Positions 61,917 to 64,000 of a stretch of DNA of 64,000 nucleotides are shown piece by piece (the first letter of the stretch is position 1; each line of letters starts with the position of its first letter). The translations under genes and the position numbers were made by a program. The notes beneath the pieces are model-generated. The model searched no databases. It was not told where the DNA came from and was given only the letters and a program-made list of their open reading frames with translations. Source of the stretch: Takakia lepidozioides (taxonomy: Eukaryota > Plantae > Bryophyta); contig CM060731.1 of the NCBI GenBank assembly GCA_030704615.1, positions 83,204,001 to 83,268,000 of the forward strand, written 5' to 3'.

Positions 61917-63290
61917 ATAGATCGGATCATGCAACGAGCCAAGAGGTTCAAGTGGGAGGGGACTCACATACTCCGTGTATGGGAGGATGGACGAGTGAGG
62001 ATTGTGCCTCATCCAACACAACGAGCGCGTTTGGTACGCCATGCCCATGAGGATTTGGGACAATTTGGGGTACGGCGCACTCATAGTTTGTTGCAAGGGC
62101 AATACTGGTGGCGGGGAATGCACACGGATGTGCAACAATTAGTGGCAAGGTGCATGGTGTGTGATAGGGTGCGTGCTTCCTTCAATGCACCTACTCCACA
62201 ATTGCATCTTTTACCCACTATAGGATTGGGTTATCGGTAGAGTCTTGACTTTGCGGGACCATTGCCACTGACGATGCACCACAATAAGTATGTACTGGTG
62301 ATGGTGGAACACTTCTCCAAATGGATTGAGCTGGTGAAATTGCCTGACAAGGCAAGTGAGGGGGATGCGTATGCATTCTAAGATCGAGTGCTTAGTCAAT
62401 TTGGTCCTCCAGCCGAGGTACTCACAGATCAAGGTAGAGAATTCATGGGAAAATTTCAGGTTTTGTGTGAGTAAGCTTTGATATATCACCGCACTACTTC
62501 TCGGGATTATCCCGAGACTGGCGTGGCGGAGAGAGTTGTTCAGACAGTCAATAAGGGTTTACGCAAATACGGTTTGCAGAATGGACACCTGGGAGATTGG
62601 GACCTTCAGTTGCCTTGGTTGGTTATGGGCTATAGATTCAGCAAACAAGCGTCACTTGCCTCCTTCTCACCTTACTTTCTTCGGCCAAGAGCCAGATTTG
62701 TCTACATCTATTCGCAAAGAGGCTGCAGTAGTCCTCAACCTTGATGATCCGGATGTGTGGACACAAGCATATGACCAGTGGGCAAAGTTGTTAAAAAAAA
62801 TCATGTCTATGGTTTTGAGAACCTTGCTATTGCCCAACACCGAGACACACTGAGGTATACCACTATACGTGGAGGAGGGTATCGGCCAGAAGTTCGGCGT
62901 TTCCACCCTGGGGACTATGTATATCTACAACAGACAGCGCCTACGATCTTGGATGTCACAGCATGACGTGTGATTCTAAGGGTCAGGGAGGTGTTGCCTT
63001 CAAGAGTGTTGATTCTGGAGGGTTGAGATGGCATGGTATGGAAGGACCATGTGCGCAATTATACGCCACATCACCTTCCACATGTGGATGGGAGGATAGA
63101 TCTCAACCTTGCAGTCGTACCTGTAGGGTGGCATTGCATGCTATGTGGGTATGTCAGTGGTACAGCCAACCATGTTGGTGTGTGACAAATGCTCAAGGGG
63201 GTGGCACATGGATGTTTGACACCGTCACTTGAGGAGGTTCATAGCGGAGAATGGTTGTGTCCACGATGCCTTGGACAGAGGTAGTGGGCA
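61917..63290 (+). mobile_element. Decayed Ty3/gypsy integrase with C-terminal PHD-like finger
   Basis: HAHEDLGQFG...YWWRGM...CMVCD, LDFAGP, TDQG, AERVVQT, then CMLC...WHM...GEWLCPRC. Many stops and frameshifts. Confidence 0.85.
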
Positions 63291-64000
63291 TGACAATGGT
63301 GAGGTTGACAAGTGATCCAAGATCTGGCTAGGGGGAGTTCAACGCCATGGACACCCAACTGAAAGCCATGGTTTATAGGAAGGCGACTAACGATGAGGCT
63401 ACTTTTGCACCCGGCCTCTTGATCTATCAAGTTTGGATATTGGGACTTGTGCGGTTGAAGACCAAGCTATGATCTTCTTAGGATTCAGGAAGGTTTGTCT
63501 TCTTCTAATCGAGCCTTCCGAGCCTCTCTCACCTCCATGGCTCTAGTTCATGATGAGTAGAAGTGTGCGAGAGTGTTGTATGGTGGATTCATTTAGCTAA
63601 GGTGTCATGGGCTTGACTATTATAGAGTGTTAGAGTGGGATTGTATTTGGAAGGGTTATGTGTGTTCTTGGTGTGATGTGGTTTCATGCAAGAGAGAGTT
63701 TTCATTGCATTCTACTTCTCTAATTTCTCATATCTTTTCATTGTGACATAGCTTTATAGGTCTATATGCGAGGAAGTGTGTTTGGACAGCGATATATGTT
63801 GTGGCACGATGCTTCTAGGTGCACGACATCATAATCTCTCAGTTCTATTCCAAGTCGTTTCAATGATTCAATATTATACGTCACAAATATAATATAATTG
63901 TGCCTTATATTTAATCAACATTTATGGAGTTGTATGTGAAGTGATTACTATGACTGTAATTTCCACATAATTATGTAAGGTGTATAGAAAAAAAAACAAA

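Overview
Eukaryotic, repeat-rich DNA from a land plant (inferred from spliced genes, a plant GT32 gene, and RPS7 and PPR fragments; the TE content suggests a non-seed plant). There is one apparently intact host gene, a six-exon alpha-1,4-glycosyltransferase (46506-51689, minus); nearly everything else is nested transposable elements. The main observation is a Mutator-like (MULE) DNA transposon family with 9-bp TSDs and about 21-bp imperfect TIRs followed by CATGAGC boxes. Head-to-head with its transposase it carries a spliced gene for a ParB/Srx-like (DGNHR) domain fused to a beta-class N4/N6 DNA-methyltransferase-like domain, whose catalytic motif reads DIPD instead of DPPY. The non-coding DNA holds dozens of copies of a GGCGCC-centred palindrome, mostly spaced at near-integer helical turns (53, 63-64, 72-74, 95-96 bp). 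Element B (28154-39211) is complete end to end and sits inside the ParB-MTase gene of element A, whose two ends (6057 and 23878) now face the same way because of an inversion or mis-join. A third decayed transposase lies at about 44.8-46.0 kb. Also present are two Ty3/gypsy copies with a long extra ORF, a foldback mini-LTR element, a hAT MITE, and an LTR element carrying an RPS7 fragment next to an integrase-PHD pol remnant. Family assignments rest on motif recognition by eye; no searches were run.
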